A DNA stretch of 64,000 bases from Nitrospirota bacterium. GTDB taxonomy: Bacteria; JACPQY01. Below the pieces are notes generated by a model that had not been told where the DNA came from, ran no database searches, and worked only from the letters and a program-made list of their open reading frames with translations. Below, in pieces: positions 36,578 to 46,643 of the stretch; the first letter of the stretch is position 1, and every line of letters starts with the position of its first letter. The stretch covers positions 1 to 64,000 of the forward strand of contig JACPAV010000006.1 of assembly GCA_016180645.1 (NCBI GenBank). The letters run 5' to 3'. The translations under genes and the position numbers were made by a program.

Positions 36578-37636
36578 GTGGCTGGGTGGAAGGGCGTCAT
36601 TCTGGAATACTGGGACTACCTCCCCATCAAGGACCGATCGGCCGTGGTCACGATGCAGGAGGGAAACACCCCGCTCGTCCGATCACAGTTCATCGAAAAG
36701 CGATTTCCCAAGAGCGTCGAGATCTATTTCAAGTACGAAGGGGCGAACCCGACGGGATCGTTCAAGGACCGCGGAATGACCGTGGCGATTTCGAAGGCCA
36801 GGGAAGAAGGAGCCAAGGCGGTGATCTGCGCATCCACCGGGAACACCTCGGCGGCGGCGGCCGCCTACGCGGGCCGCTGCGGAATGAAAGCCTATGTGCT
36901 GGTTCCTGAAGGCAACATTGCGATGGGGAAACTGGCGCAGGCGATGATCTACGGGGCGGAGGTGCTGCAGGTTCAGGGAACGTTTGACGACGCTCTCATC
37001 GCGGTGAAGCAGATCGCCGAGAAGTTTCCCGTCACCATTGTAAACTCGATCAATCCCTACCGGTTGCTCGGGCAAAAGACGGCCGCCTTTGAAATCGTCG
37101 AGGCCCTCGGCAAAGCGCCCACCTTTCATGCGCTCCCCGTCGGCAATGCAGCCAACATTGTGGCGTACTTCAGGGGATACAAGGAGTACCGCGATCTCGG
37201 GAAGTGCGTCGCGGCGCCCCGCATGTTGGGCTTCCAGGCGGAGGGAGCGGCACCGATCGTCAAGGGGCACGTCATTCCGAACCCGAAAAGTGTTGCTTCC
37301 GCCATCCGGATCGGAAATCCGGCGAGTTGGAAAGCGGCGGAGCAAACCCGGGATGAAAGCAAGGGAACCATTGATTCCGTGACCGATGAGGAGATTTTGT
37401 CGGCCTACAAATTGCTGGCGGAGAAGGAAGGCGTTTTTTGCGAACCGGCCAGCGCCGCGTCCATCGCCGGCATCCTGAAACTCTCAAGCCAGAATTGGTT
37501 CCACCCGAACGATTCGATCGTCTGCACGCTCACCGGAAACGGCCTGAAGGATCCGGACAACGCGATCGCCCAGGCGCGAAAGCCGAAATCCGTCCCCGCG
37601 AAATTCGACGCCGTCGCCGAGGCGATGGGATTTTAG
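36578..37636 (+). CDS. thrC: Threonine synthase
   Basis: EGNTPL, NPTGSFKDRGM, CASTGNTSA, PVGNAANI, CEPASA, TGNGLKD. Confidence 0.95.
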   Translation: MAGWKGVILEYWDYLPIKDRSAVVTMQEGNTPLVRSQFIEKRFPKSVEIYFKYEGANPTGSFKDRGMTVAISKAREEGAKAVICASTGNTSAAAAAYAGRCGMKAYVLVPEGNIAMGKLAQAMIYGAEVLQVQGTFDDALIAVKQIAEKFPVTIVNSINPYRLLGQKTAAFEIVEALGKAPTFHALPVGNAANIVAYFRGYKEYRDLGKCVAAPRMLGFQAEGAAPIVKGHVIPNPKSVASAIRIGNPASWKAAEQTRDESKGTIDSVTDEEILSAYKLLAEKEGVFCEPASAASIAGILKLSSQNWFHPNDSIVCTLTGNGLKDPDNAIAQARKPKSVPAKFDAVAEAMGF

Positions 37637-37640
37637 GTCC

Positions 37641-38357
37641 GTGGCGGACGCCACTCCTCCCGGTCCCCCGAAACGAAAGAAGCTCGGCGAGATGCTGGTC
37701 GAAGACCGGTTGATCGACGATTTCCAGGTTCGCAGCGCGCTCGCGCATCAGAAGAAATGGGGGGGAAGGCTTGGCGCGAATCTGATTGCTCTCGGGTTTC
37801 TGACGAGCAAGCAACTCCTGGAGTATCTAAGCCGGAAGCTGGCCTTGCCCAAGGTCGACATCCTAAGAGAACGGACCGATCCGAAAGCCACCGAGAAAGT
37901 GCCCAAAGAGCTTTCCATTAAGCATGGCGTATTGCCCCTTCGCGTGGTGCAGGAAGGGCCCACCACGTATCTCCTCCTCGCCATGTCCGACCCAACGAAC
38001 CTCGCCGCGATGGACGAGGTCCGATTCCGCAGCGGGATGAATATCCGCCCCGTGCTGGCCGACGAATCGGACATCATGAAGGCCATCCAGTTGAGCTACA
38101 GCGGCGTTTCGCTCGATCCGCGAACTCTCGCCCAGAGTCCGATTTCCGCGGAGGTGCCGCCGGCCCCGAAGGAGGGTAAGGATTTCGTAATCTACGGGAT
38201 GAAGACATCGGCAGAGAAGGACATCAAGGGCTTGCTCGGAACCGACCCACAGATGCTCAGAACGTTGATCGACCTTCTGATTGAAAAAAAACTGTTTACG
38301 GAGGAGGAATTCAAGCAGAAAATGGCCGCACCGAAGAAGAAGTTTACAACACCATGA
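37641..38357 (+). CDS. Stand-alone MshEN/T2SS-E N-terminal domain protein
   Basis: KLGEMLVEDRLI..Q..ALAHQ / RLGANLIALGFL, LAMSDP; no ATPase domain. Confidence 0.85.
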   Translation: MADATPPGPPKRKKLGEMLVEDRLIDDFQVRSALAHQKKWGGRLGANLIALGFLTSKQLLEYLSRKLALPKVDILRERTDPKATEKVPKELSIKHGVLPLRVVQEGPTTYLLLAMSDPTNLAAMDEVRFRSGMNIRPVLADESDIMKAIQLSYSGVSLDPRTLAQSPISAEVPPAPKEGKDFVIYGMKTSAEKDIKGLLGTDPQMLRTLIDLLIEKKLFTEEEFKQKMAAPKKKFTTP

Positions 38358-38466
38358 ATCGTGAACCCGATAACCGTGAACCTGTGAGCCAGAGGGAGAA
38401 GAAAGACCGGTCGGACATCCGGGGTTCCATCGGGATCACGGGATTACGGGTTCACGGGATCACGAT
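38358..38466. repeat. Inverted arrays of 8-bp tandem repeats
   Basis: (CGGGWTYA)4 at 38431-38462, with degenerate complementary CGTGAACC units at 38358-38387. Confidence 0.7.
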
Positions 38467-38468
38467 CC

Positions 38469-39029
38469 ATGATTGAGATCGAAATTCGCCAGGGAAGTAT
38501 TCTCGAGGCGGGGACGGAAGCCATCGTCAACGCCGCAAACAGCATTGGCGTCATGGGCGGCGGCGTCGCCGGCGTCATCCGAAAGGCAGCCGGCGAGGCA
38601 GTCGAGCGTGAAGCCATTAAGAAAGGGCCGACCCCGGTGGGCAAGGCGGTCGTAACAACCGCCGGACAGCTCGCCTTCAAGGGCATCATCCACGCGCCCA
38701 CGATGGAACGTCCCGCCATGCTGATCCCCGCCTCCAACGTGGGGAGAGCGACGAGCGCCGCACTTCACGCCGCCGAACACGCAAAGTTTGCCTCATTGGC
38801 CCTCCCCGGTCTCGGCACCGGCGTTGGCGGCGTTTCCGTGGCCGACGCCGCAGGAGAAATGGTGAAGGCCATTGCCGATTTCAAGAGCAAACACCTGAAG
38901 AAAGTCGTCCTTATGGATATCAGTGGAGACATGGTTCAGGCTTGGCGCGAGGCCCAGAAGCCCCCGGCGCAGGGACCGGATAGCGACTCGTCCCACCGTC
39001 CTCGAAGCACCGCAGAGAGGGCAGCCTGA
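38469..39029 (+). CDS. Macro domain protein (ADP-ribose binding/hydrolase)
   Basis: AIVNAAN...MGGGVAG, IIHAPTM, PGLGTGVGG. Confidence 0.93.
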   Translation: MIEIEIRQGSILEAGTEAIVNAANSIGVMGGGVAGVIRKAAGEAVEREAIKKGPTPVGKAVVTTAGQLAFKGIIHAPTMERPAMLIPASNVGRATSAALHAAEHAKFASLALPGLGTGVGGVSVADAAGEMVKAIADFKSKHLKKVVLMDISGDMVQAWREAQKPPAQGPDSDSSHRPRSTAERAA

Positions 39030-39042
39030 GAGAACCGTCCCG

Positions 39043-40434
39043 ATGACGGCTGCCATTCGCGATTTCGATCTCACCCGAATTCTCCGCACCGCTCTCCGCG
39101 GGGGGGGGGAATATGCCGATCTTTTCTACGAGCGGACCGTCTCCACCACCCTGTCGAAGGAAAACCGAAGGATGGAAAAGGCGCTGGGATCTGAAGATGT
39201 GGGGGTGGGACTCCGGATCATCGCGGACGGCTGCGCCCACTACGGCTACACGAATGACGTAACCGAGAAAGGCCTCCTTGATCTCGCGGAGGCCCTGGCG
39301 CGTGAAGCCAGAGGAAGAAGCCGGGAGACCTCCCTTCAGATGGAAAAGAAAGATGCCGGAACGCGGCACCCGGTCAAGCGCTCGCCGGAAACGGCCGACT
39401 TGGAGGACAAAGTCAGGATCGTGAAGCGCGCCGATGAGCGGGCGTGGTCCAAGTCGGACTTGCTGGCGCAGGTACGCGTGGCCTATGGCGACACACATCG
39501 GGAAATCGTCGTGGTCAATTCGCGGGGTAGGTTTTCCGAGGATCTGCAAACCCGCGTGGTCTTAAGCATTCAGGCGGTGGCGCGCAAAGGCGAATTGGCC
39601 CAGACCGGCTACGAAGCCGTGGGCGGGCTGCTCGGGCTCGAGCTGTTCGACGAGAAGAAGCCGGAGGACGTGGCCGACCGGGCCGTTCAACGGGCGCTCA
39701 TGGCCTTGGGAGCCGCGCCCGCGCCGAAAGGAAAGATGCCGGTGGTTATCGCCTCAGAGGCCGGCGGCACCATGATTCACGAAGCCGTTGGGCACGGGCT
39801 GGAGGCCGATCTTGCCCGCGAGGGACTTTCGGTTTACCGGGATCGAATCGGCGAGAAAGTCGCCAACGACCTGGTGACGGTTATCGACGACGCCACACTC
39901 CTGAACAAGCGCGGTTCATTCACGTTCGATGACGAAGGATCGCCGGCGCAGAAAAAGGTTCTGATCGAGAAGGGCGTACTTAGGGGATACATGTACGACA
40001 TGACGTATGCGCTCAAGGACGGGCGGGAATCTACCGGGAACGGGCGGAGACAATCCTATCGGTACAGGCCGATCGTTCGCATGACCAACACATTTGTCGC
40101 ACCCGGCCCGCATTCTCCCGAGGAGATTCTCAGCTCAACCGATACGGGTCTCTTCGTCAAAAAGATGGGGGGTGGGCAGGTGAACACCGTCAATGGCGAC
40201 TTCATTTTTGAAGTCATGGAAGGCTATCGGATCGAGGGTGGGAAGATGGGGGAGCCGGTCCGAGGGGCCACTCTTGTTGGGAACGGCCCCGACGTGCTGA
40301 AGATGATCGATCGGGTGGGCAATGACCTGGGGTTTGGGATCGGGACCTGCGGCAAGGATGGTCAGGGCGTCCCCGTTTCAGATGCTATGCCTACGACACG
40401 AATCCCGGAAATCATCGTGGGCGGCGGCGAGTGA
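39043..40434 (+). CDS. tldD: TldD metalloprotease
   Basis: GTMIHEAVGHGLEAD, FDDEG, TGNGRRQSY, RMTNT, CGKDGQGVPVS. Confidence 0.95.
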   Translation: MTAAIRDFDLTRILRTALRGGGEYADLFYERTVSTTLSKENRRMEKALGSEDVGVGLRIIADGCAHYGYTNDVTEKGLLDLAEALAREARGRSRETSLQMEKKDAGTRHPVKRSPETADLEDKVRIVKRADERAWSKSDLLAQVRVAYGDTHREIVVVNSRGRFSEDLQTRVVLSIQAVARKGELAQTGYEAVGGLLGLELFDEKKPEDVADRAVQRALMALGAAPAPKGKMPVVIASEAGGTMIHEAVGHGLEADLAREGLSVYRDRIGEKVANDLVTVIDDATLLNKRGSFTFDDEGSPAQKKVLIEKGVLRGYMYDMTYALKDGRESTGNGRRQSYRYRPIVRMTNTFVAPGPHSPEEILSSTDTGLFVKKMGGGQVNTVNGDFIFEVMEGYRIEGGKMGEPVRGATLVGNGPDVLKMIDRVGNDLGFGIGTCGKDGQGVPVSDAMPTTRIPEIIVGGGE

Positions 40435-40447
40435 GACCCGACTGCGC

Positions 40448-41164
40448 TTAGGGCGTACAGTCGGCGGACTCCCCCGATCCCGCTCGGGCCAGCGCGAAGT
40501 CATCGTAGTCTGCTTCGGCCGATGAATCCGTGGCGTTCGCGTCGGTGAGAATTCCGATGGCTTGGACGTCCGGAGCCGATTTTCCAAAGAATCGCCGGTA
40601 GTCACTGCAAACGTTAACCGATTCTTCAATCCACAGCCCCTTCTTCTCTTCACCGCTTTCAAGTACCACGATCTGGTTGTACCCCCTGCCCGTTCGAACC
40701 GAATCTCCCACCGGGAGGCCCGTGCTCCAGACATATTTGAGCGCATTCGGGTAGATCTGGATCCCGCGCCGCTCGAAGACCACGTACACACCGGCGGCAC
40801 TGTCATTTCTCAGCTTCTCGTTCGCCCTTGGAGGGAGTTGATGCACCCGCCAGCGAAAGCGCAGAAACGGGAATTCGCTCGGGTCCCATTCTGCCTTTTT
40901 CACGATCTTGATCGATTCACCCCGGTCCAAGGCGTGTAGGTACCGTTCTCCACTTTCCTCGATCACTTCGTAGGGCGCGGGGGGCTTATCGCGCGACTTC
41001 TTCCAACCTGCGGGGAAGCGACCGACCGCGGATGAGGAAAAGTCTTCAAGAATACGGATGCCCGGCTCCGCCATCGCCGGAGTGGACGAGTGGACCAGTG
41101 ACCCAGTGATCAAGGGGACAAGCGCAACAAGCCGGAAAGCAGGGATGCGACTATAGTTCTTCAC
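40448..41164 (-). CDS. DUF3047 domain exported protein
   Basis: FRWRV...NDSAAGVYVVF...LKYVWS...DYRRFFG...ILTDANAT. Confidence 0.85.
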   Translation of the reverse strand: MKNYSRIPAFRLVALVPLITGSLVHSSTPAMAEPGIRILEDFSSSAVGRFPAGWKKSRDKPPAPYEVIEESGERYLHALDRGESIKIVKKAEWDPSEFPFLRFRWRVHQLPPRANEKLRNDSAAGVYVVFERRGIQIYPNALKYVWSTGLPVGDSVRTGRGYNQIVVLESGEEKKGLWIEESVNVCSDYRRFFGKSAPDVQAIGILTDANATDSSAEADYDDFALARAGSGESADCTP

Positions 41165-41208
41165 TTGACCACATGATCACTTGACTACCTGAACACGTCT
41201 CTTCTGGA

Positions 41209-42732
41209 TCACTTGTCCACTCTCCTCCGCGGCGGCGCCGGTATCTTGAGCCGAACCATCTTGTCCAACAGACCTTTCCGGCTGAGGCCCAGCTCGCGGG
41301 CAAGCCTGGCCTTGTTCCCACGGGTCCGCTCGAGTCCATCCCGGATGATCCCCTCTTCGACTTCCGCCGTAATGTCCTTCATCGAAGTACCCCTTTTCAC
41401 TCTTGATCGTTTGACCAGGCCCGTGCGGAGCCGCTCGGAGACCATGTCCGCCGTCAGGCGGGAAGCGCCCGGATGGAGGGTTATCATCCGCTCGATCTCG
41501 TGCTCAAGTTCGCGGACATTCCCCGGCCAATCGTACCGGTCGAAGGCCTCCAGAAGATTGGGGTGAATCTCCATGCGCCCGTTCTTGCCCCGCTTCTCCG
41601 CGAAATGGCGCACGAGCATCGGCAGGTCCTCTTTTCGATCCCTCAAGGGTGGGAGCGATATCTGAACAACATGCAGGCGGTAGTATAGATCGTCCCTGAA
41701 TTTCTTTTGCTGTGCCATATGAAAGAGGTCCCGATTGGTTGCTGAGATGATCCGGGCACGCGTCGTGCGGGGTCCGTCGTCCCCCACTCTTGTGTAGGAT
41801 CCGTCCTGGAGGACTCGGAGGAGTTTCACCTGGAGCGCGGCGCTCATCTCTCCCACTTCATCGAGGAAGAGCGTGCCTTCGGAGGCGACGTCGAACAGAC
41901 CCCGCTTGTCCCGAATGGCGCCTGTGAACGCGCCTCGCGCATGGCCGAACAGCTCTGAATCGAGAAGCGTCTCCGTCAGCGCGGCGCAATTTTGTGCCAC
42001 GAACGGCTTGTCCTTGCGCGCTCCGTTGAAATGAATGGCCTTGGCCACCATCTCCTTGCCGGTTCCGCTCTCGCCCTGTATGAGCACGGTAACATCGGAT
42101 GGGGAAACTGTTTCGATCAAGCGATAGACCTTCTGCATCGCGGAACTGCGGCCCACGAGCGAATCGAACCGGTGCCGCTCCGTGAGATTCTGGCTCAAGA
42201 CGGAGATCTGCTCCTCTTTCTCCCGGAGCTGCTCGGCAAACGCGCGCCGTTCCGCTTCCATCAATTTCTCCTGAGCCTCTTTCAATTCGGCAAGCGTACG
42301 TTCAAGCGCCTCATTCTTTTTCAGAAGGTCTGTCCGGAGCTCTCCTCGTTCTTGGAGGAGGCCACGGTACTCCACAGCCCGGCGAACGATCACGCGCAGA
42401 TCCCCGGGCTGCCAGGGCTTGGTGATGTAGTGGTAGACCTTCCCGGCGTTGATGGCTTCGACCAGCGACTCGATGTCGGTGTACCCGGTCAGGATGATGC
42501 GAACGGCCATGGGCGCCGTATCGAGAGTCTTTTCCAGAAACTCGGTCCCGCTCATCCCCGGCATCCGCTGGTCGGTAATGATCACCGCCGAATCCGGGTT
42601 CCTGGCAAGCAGCGCCAGGCCCTCCGTACCGGACGTGGCCCCCAACACGTCATACTGTTCCTCCAAGGCGATCGTAAGGGCCTCGACAATGTTCGGCTCA
42701 TCATCCACCACAAGGACTTTGTCTCGCTTCAT
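41209..42732 (-). CDS. Sigma54-dependent response regulator (NtrC family)
   Basis: REC (DQRMPG), GESGTGKE, GAFTGA, FLDEVGE, WPGNVREL, Fis HTH. Confidence 0.96.
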   Translation of the reverse strand: MKRDKVLVVDDEPNIVEALTIALEEQYDVLGATSGTEGLALLARNPDSAVIITDQRMPGMSGTEFLEKTLDTAPMAVRIILTGYTDIESLVEAINAGKVYHYITKPWQPGDLRVIVRRAVEYRGLLQERGELRTDLLKKNEALERTLAELKEAQEKLMEAERRAFAEQLREKEEQISVLSQNLTERHRFDSLVGRSSAMQKVYRLIETVSPSDVTVLIQGESGTGKEMVAKAIHFNGARKDKPFVAQNCAALTETLLDSELFGHARGAFTGAIRDKRGLFDVASEGTLFLDEVGEMSAALQVKLLRVLQDGSYTRVGDDGPRTTRARIISATNRDLFHMAQQKKFRDDLYYRLHVVQISLPPLRDRKEDLPMLVRHFAEKRGKNGRMEIHPNLLEAFDRYDWPGNVRELEHEIERMITLHPGASRLTADMVSERLRTGLVKRSRVKRGTSMKDITAEVEEGIIRDGLERTRGNKARLARELGLSRKGLLDKMVRLKIPAPPRRRVDK

Positions 42733-44903
42733 GTAAGTGGTATTTCCCGGACCGGGAGGGAAATGGTGAACTTGGTGCCACGGCCGGGCGAGCTGTCCAC
42801 CCGAATGCTGCCGCCATGTTTCTGGACGATGTTGTAGGAGATGGACAGACCCAGCCCCGTCCCCCTCCCAACCGGCTTGGTGGTGTAGAAGGGCTCAAAG
42901 ATCTTCTTCTGTACTTCGGGCGGCATGCCGGCGCCGTTGTCCTCGATCTCGATTTCAACGCTGCCGTCTTTCCGGCGCGTTCGAAGCCAGAGGTCGCCGC
43001 GTTCCGAAATGGCGTCCACGGCATTCACCAGCAGGTTCAGGAAAACCTGGTTCAATTCGCTCGCGTAGCAACCGATCTTGGGGAGGGTGTCCAATTCCCG
43101 ATGAATCTGGATGTTCTTTTTCATCTTGTTGTGGATCAGATTCAGGCTGCTTTCAAGGCCCTCGTGAATATCCACCCGCTTCCATTCGGCTTCGTCCAAC
43201 CGTGAGAACGTTTTCAGGTCGCCCACGATCTTCCGGGCCCGATCGGCTCCCTCGTCCATTCCCTTGAGGAGCCTTTCCATTCTGTCAATGAGATCCGGGG
43301 CGGCTCCGGCGCGTTTCAGGCGGTCCACCAATTCCTGGAGGAGTTTCACGTTTGAATACACAAACGACAGAGGGTTGTTCAGCTCGTGCGCCACGCCGGC
43401 CACCAGTTGTCCGAGTGAGGCCATTTTCTCCGAGTGGATCACCTGAGCCTGAGCGTGCTTGAGCTCGCTGAGAGTCTGTTCCAGCTCTCTCGTCCGCTCC
43501 TTCACCTTGTTGTCGAGGTCGAGATTGAGACTCCGGATGCTCTCCATTTTTTCCCGGAGGGCCGCTTCCATCCGATTGAAGGCCATCGCCAGTCGCCCGA
43601 TTTCGTCCTCCTCTCCAACGGACACGCGGCGGGTCAGATCCCCCGTGCCGATGTCGGACGCCGTCTGTGCCAGCTCGACAAGCGGCTGGGAGATGTCGTC
43701 CGACCAATAGACCACGACGCCCACGGCCACGAGAAGCAGGACCGCAAAGAAAACGATCAGGAGGCCCGGGTCGAGCGCTTGTATGGATTGGAGCGTGCTG
43801 GCAAGGTACGCCAGACTCACGGTAAAGACCGTGAGGGCGAGGAAGCTGGCCATGAGTTTCCATCGGAGGCTGAGGGCCCGCACGGTACCCACGATTTCGG
43901 GATGACGCTCCGAGAGGTGGGCGATGAAGGGCTTGAGAATGCGCCGATGCCAATTGGCCTGATACAGTCCGACGCCCAAGGCCGTCGGGATCAGGCCCGC
44001 GAAGAGCACGAAAGCCTTTCGCAGCGGCATGTCGAGGAAGAACACCTGCACGGGCACAAAGAACATGCCCGCCCCGGTCCAGAGGAGTAGGATCACCGCC
44101 GCAAGCTCGTAGGGAAACCGCAGGGCGACGAGTCGCGCCTGCCGCAGATTCTTTTCCTTGTGCGGCAGCCCCTCCACCTCGTGTTTCATGTATTCCAGAA
44201 CCGGGTTCAATCGGAGCAGCGTGAATCCGATCACGAAGACCGGGTAGAACACCACGACGGGGATCGAGAAAGTGTACGCCACCCGCATTTGTTCGGGGGT
44301 CATCACGATCAGGCGGAGCGCGTAGAAATAGGAAAGCGTGATGGCCACAAATCCCAGGAAGGCCGCGGAGGCGAAGAGCTTTTCCAGGACGGTGAGGCGG
44401 AAACACGCGATGAAATCGTTCGGCCCCTGCAGGGTCTCCACGCGCCGACGCAGCAGATACCGCCACAGCAGGAGCCGGTCGATGTGAAATGCGGAAGTGG
44501 AGAGGATGTAGGCGCCCGACACGATGATGGCATCCACCCAACCCATCCCTCCCAAGGCGATCTGGAAAAAGAGAAAGACCGCGCCCACTCCGTACCAGAG
44601 GGCGAACGAAATCCCCGTTCCGAACCATGGGAGAACGAGGACCTGTCGGAGCGCCTCCCTCCCCTCAGGAGTGCCGGGGGTCGCCTTCGCCCATCCGCGT
44701 TTCATCTGGCGGTAGATGAGCGGGAGCACGGCCCCGACCTGAAGGAAAAGAACGGCAATAAAATTGATACCGACCAGACGCGACTGAAGACCGGTGTGGT
44801 GGATCGATATCAGAAAGAACCCGCCGAAGCCCGCCATTTCGCAGACGAAGAAAATGGCATGCGTCAGTGCGATCGCCAGGAAGGCGGTGCGGAAGTTCGA
44901 CAC
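42729..44903 (-). CDS. Multi-TM HAMP sensor histidine kinase
   Basis: Many TM helices, HAMP (DEIGRLAMAFNRM), AHELNNP, NLLVNA, DNGAG, GTGLGL. Confidence 0.95.
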   Translation of the reverse strand: MSNFRTAFLAIALTHAIFFVCEMAGFGGFFLISIHHTGLQSRLVGINFIAVLFLQVGAVLPLIYRQMKRGWAKATPGTPEGREALRQVLVLPWFGTGISFALWYGVGAVFLFFQIALGGMGWVDAIIVSGAYILSTSAFHIDRLLLWRYLLRRRVETLQGPNDFIACFRLTVLEKLFASAAFLGFVAITLSYFYALRLIVMTPEQMRVAYTFSIPVVVFYPVFVIGFTLLRLNPVLEYMKHEVEGLPHKEKNLRQARLVALRFPYELAAVILLLWTGAGMFFVPVQVFFLDMPLRKAFVLFAGLIPTALGVGLYQANWHRRILKPFIAHLSERHPEIVGTVRALSLRWKLMASFLALTVFTVSLAYLASTLQSIQALDPGLLIVFFAVLLLVAVGVVVYWSDDISQPLVELAQTASDIGTGDLTRRVSVGEEDEIGRLAMAFNRMEAALREKMESIRSLNLDLDNKVKERTRELEQTLSELKHAQAQVIHSEKMASLGQLVAGVAHELNNPLSFVYSNVKLLQELVDRLKRAGAAPDLIDRMERLLKGMDEGADRARKIVGDLKTFSRLDEAEWKRVDIHEGLESSLNLIHNKMKKNIQIHRELDTLPKIGCYASELNQVFLNLLVNAVDAISERGDLWLRTRRKDGSVEIEIEDNGAGMPPEVQKKIFEPFYTTKPVGRGTGLGLSISYNIVQKHGGSIRVDSSPGRGTKFTISLPVREIPLT

Positions 44904-44973
44904 GTCAGCATTCTACTCGCGGGTCATTGACATCGCCACATCGTGCACCGAGAATGAGCGGAGAGGTGACCCC

Positions 44974-46578
44974 TTGATTCAAACTGATTTTCTCGTGCTG
45001 GGCAGCGGCATCGCGGGCCTGAGCTTCGCCCTGAAGGCGGCGGATCATGGCGAGGTTATCGTCCTCACCAAGGCCGGCGAGAACGAATCCAACACCAAGT
45101 ACGCTCAGGGCGGCATTGCATCCGTGATCTCGGAGGAAGATTCCTTTGACCTGCACATCGAAGACACACGCCGGGCCGGCGCAGGGCTGTGCAACCGCCG
45201 CACGGTTGAGTTGGTGGTCCGGGAGGGGCCGAGGATGATCCGCGAGCTGGTCGATCTGGGCGTACCCTTCTCGCGGCAGGAGGGAAACGGTGAGTTTGAG
45301 TTGGGCATGGAGGGGGGTCACACGAAGCGCCGTATTCTCCATGTGCGGGACTTCACGGGGCGGGAGATCGAGACCGCGCTCGTGGCGCGCATCCGGAACC
45401 GGCCGGAGATCCGTCTCCTCCAGTATCACACGGCTATTGACTTGGTCACGCGACGCAAAGCGCGTATCCCACCTCATGACGATCGAGTCATCGGCGTGTA
45501 CACGCTCGACCGCGCGAACCAAAAGATCGAATCCTATTGCGCGCGTGTGGTGGTCCTGGCTACCGGAGGCTCCGGAAAGATTTATCTGTACACTTCCAAT
45601 CCCGACATCGCCACGGCGGATGGCCAGGCCATGGCCTACCGCGCCGGAGCTGTGCTGGCCAACATGGAGTTCTTCCAGTTCCATCCCACGTGTCTCTACC
45701 ACCCCAAGGCCAAATCGTTTCTGATTTCCGAGGCCGTTCGCGGCGAGGGCGCCGTCCTTCGGCTTCAGAATGGCGAACCGTTCATGAAAAAATACGATGA
45801 GCGCGGCGAGCTGGCTCCAAGAGACATCGTCGCCCGGGCTATCGACAGCGAGATGAAAAAACGAGGGGACGATTACGTTCTTCTCGATCTCACCCACAGG
45901 GACGGAGCGTTCATCCGGGAACGGTTCCCGATGATCTACGAGAATTGCCGTCAATACGGGTACGACATGGCGCGCGAACCGATTCCGGTTGTGCCCGCCG
46001 CGCACTATGGCTGCGGAGGCATCAAGGCGGATGAATGGGGACGATCCAGTCTCCCCGGACTCTACGCCATCGGAGAGGTCGCCTGCACCGGCCTGCACGG
46101 CGCCAACCGCCTCGCCAGTAATTCTCTTCTGGAGGCGCTGGTTTATGCGGATCGGGCGGCGGCCCAAGCGATCAAAACATTCCGTGATGAAAAGCTCGAT
46201 TTCTCGTCGGTCCCGCCATGGGACGAAGGCACGGCCATCGACTCGGACGAAGCCGTCGTCATCTCCCAGAATTGGGACGAGATCCGCCGGCTGATGTGGA
46301 ACTATGTAGGCATCGTACGCTCCGACAAACGGCTGGCGCGCGCGCGGCAACGGATCGATCTGCTCATGCGCGAGATCAACGACTACTATTGGAACTTCAC
46401 GCTGACGTCAGATTTGATCGAACTTCGGAACGTGGCGGCGGCGGCTGAAGCCACCATCCGAAGCGCCCTCAGCCGCAAGGAAAGCCGCGGACTGCACTAC
46501 AACTTGAGCTATCCCCTCTCGGACGAGCGATGCGCCAAGGACACGGATGTCAGGCGACTGCCCAGTTCCTCGTGCTGA
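44974..46578 (+). CDS. nadB: L-aspartate oxidase
   Basis: GSGIAGL, YAQGGIA, EGGH, QFHPT, ELAPRDIVAR, GLHGANRLASNSLLE. TTG start after GAGG. Confidence 0.95.
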   Translation: MIQTDFLVLGSGIAGLSFALKAADHGEVIVLTKAGENESNTKYAQGGIASVISEEDSFDLHIEDTRRAGAGLCNRRTVELVVREGPRMIRELVDLGVPFSRQEGNGEFELGMEGGHTKRRILHVRDFTGREIETALVARIRNRPEIRLLQYHTAIDLVTRRKARIPPHDDRVIGVYTLDRANQKIESYCARVVVLATGGSGKIYLYTSNPDIATADGQAMAYRAGAVLANMEFFQFHPTCLYHPKAKSFLISEAVRGEGAVLRLQNGEPFMKKYDERGELAPRDIVARAIDSEMKKRGDDYVLLDLTHRDGAFIRERFPMIYENCRQYGYDMAREPIPVVPAAHYGCGGIKADEWGRSSLPGLYAIGEVACTGLHGANRLASNSLLEALVYADRAAAQAIKTFRDEKLDFSSVPPWDEGTAIDSDEAVVISQNWDEIRRLMWNYVGIVRSDKRLARARQRIDLLMREINDYYWNFTLTSDLIELRNVAAAAEATIRSALSRKESRGLHYNLSYPLSDERCAKDTDVRRLPSSSC

Positions 46579-46590
46579 TCTCCTAGGCCG

Positions 46591-46643
46591 GTAGCCGCAG
46601 GCTTTAGCCTGCGCCTGCTTCGCGGGCTGAAGCCCGCGCCTAC
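46591..46643. repeat. Inverted pair of GTAG-type REPs
   Basis: GTAGCCGCAGGC-ttta-GCCTGCG ... CGCGGGC-tgaa-GCCCGCGCCTAC; related copies at 47301-47324 and 47346-47437. Confidence 0.8.
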
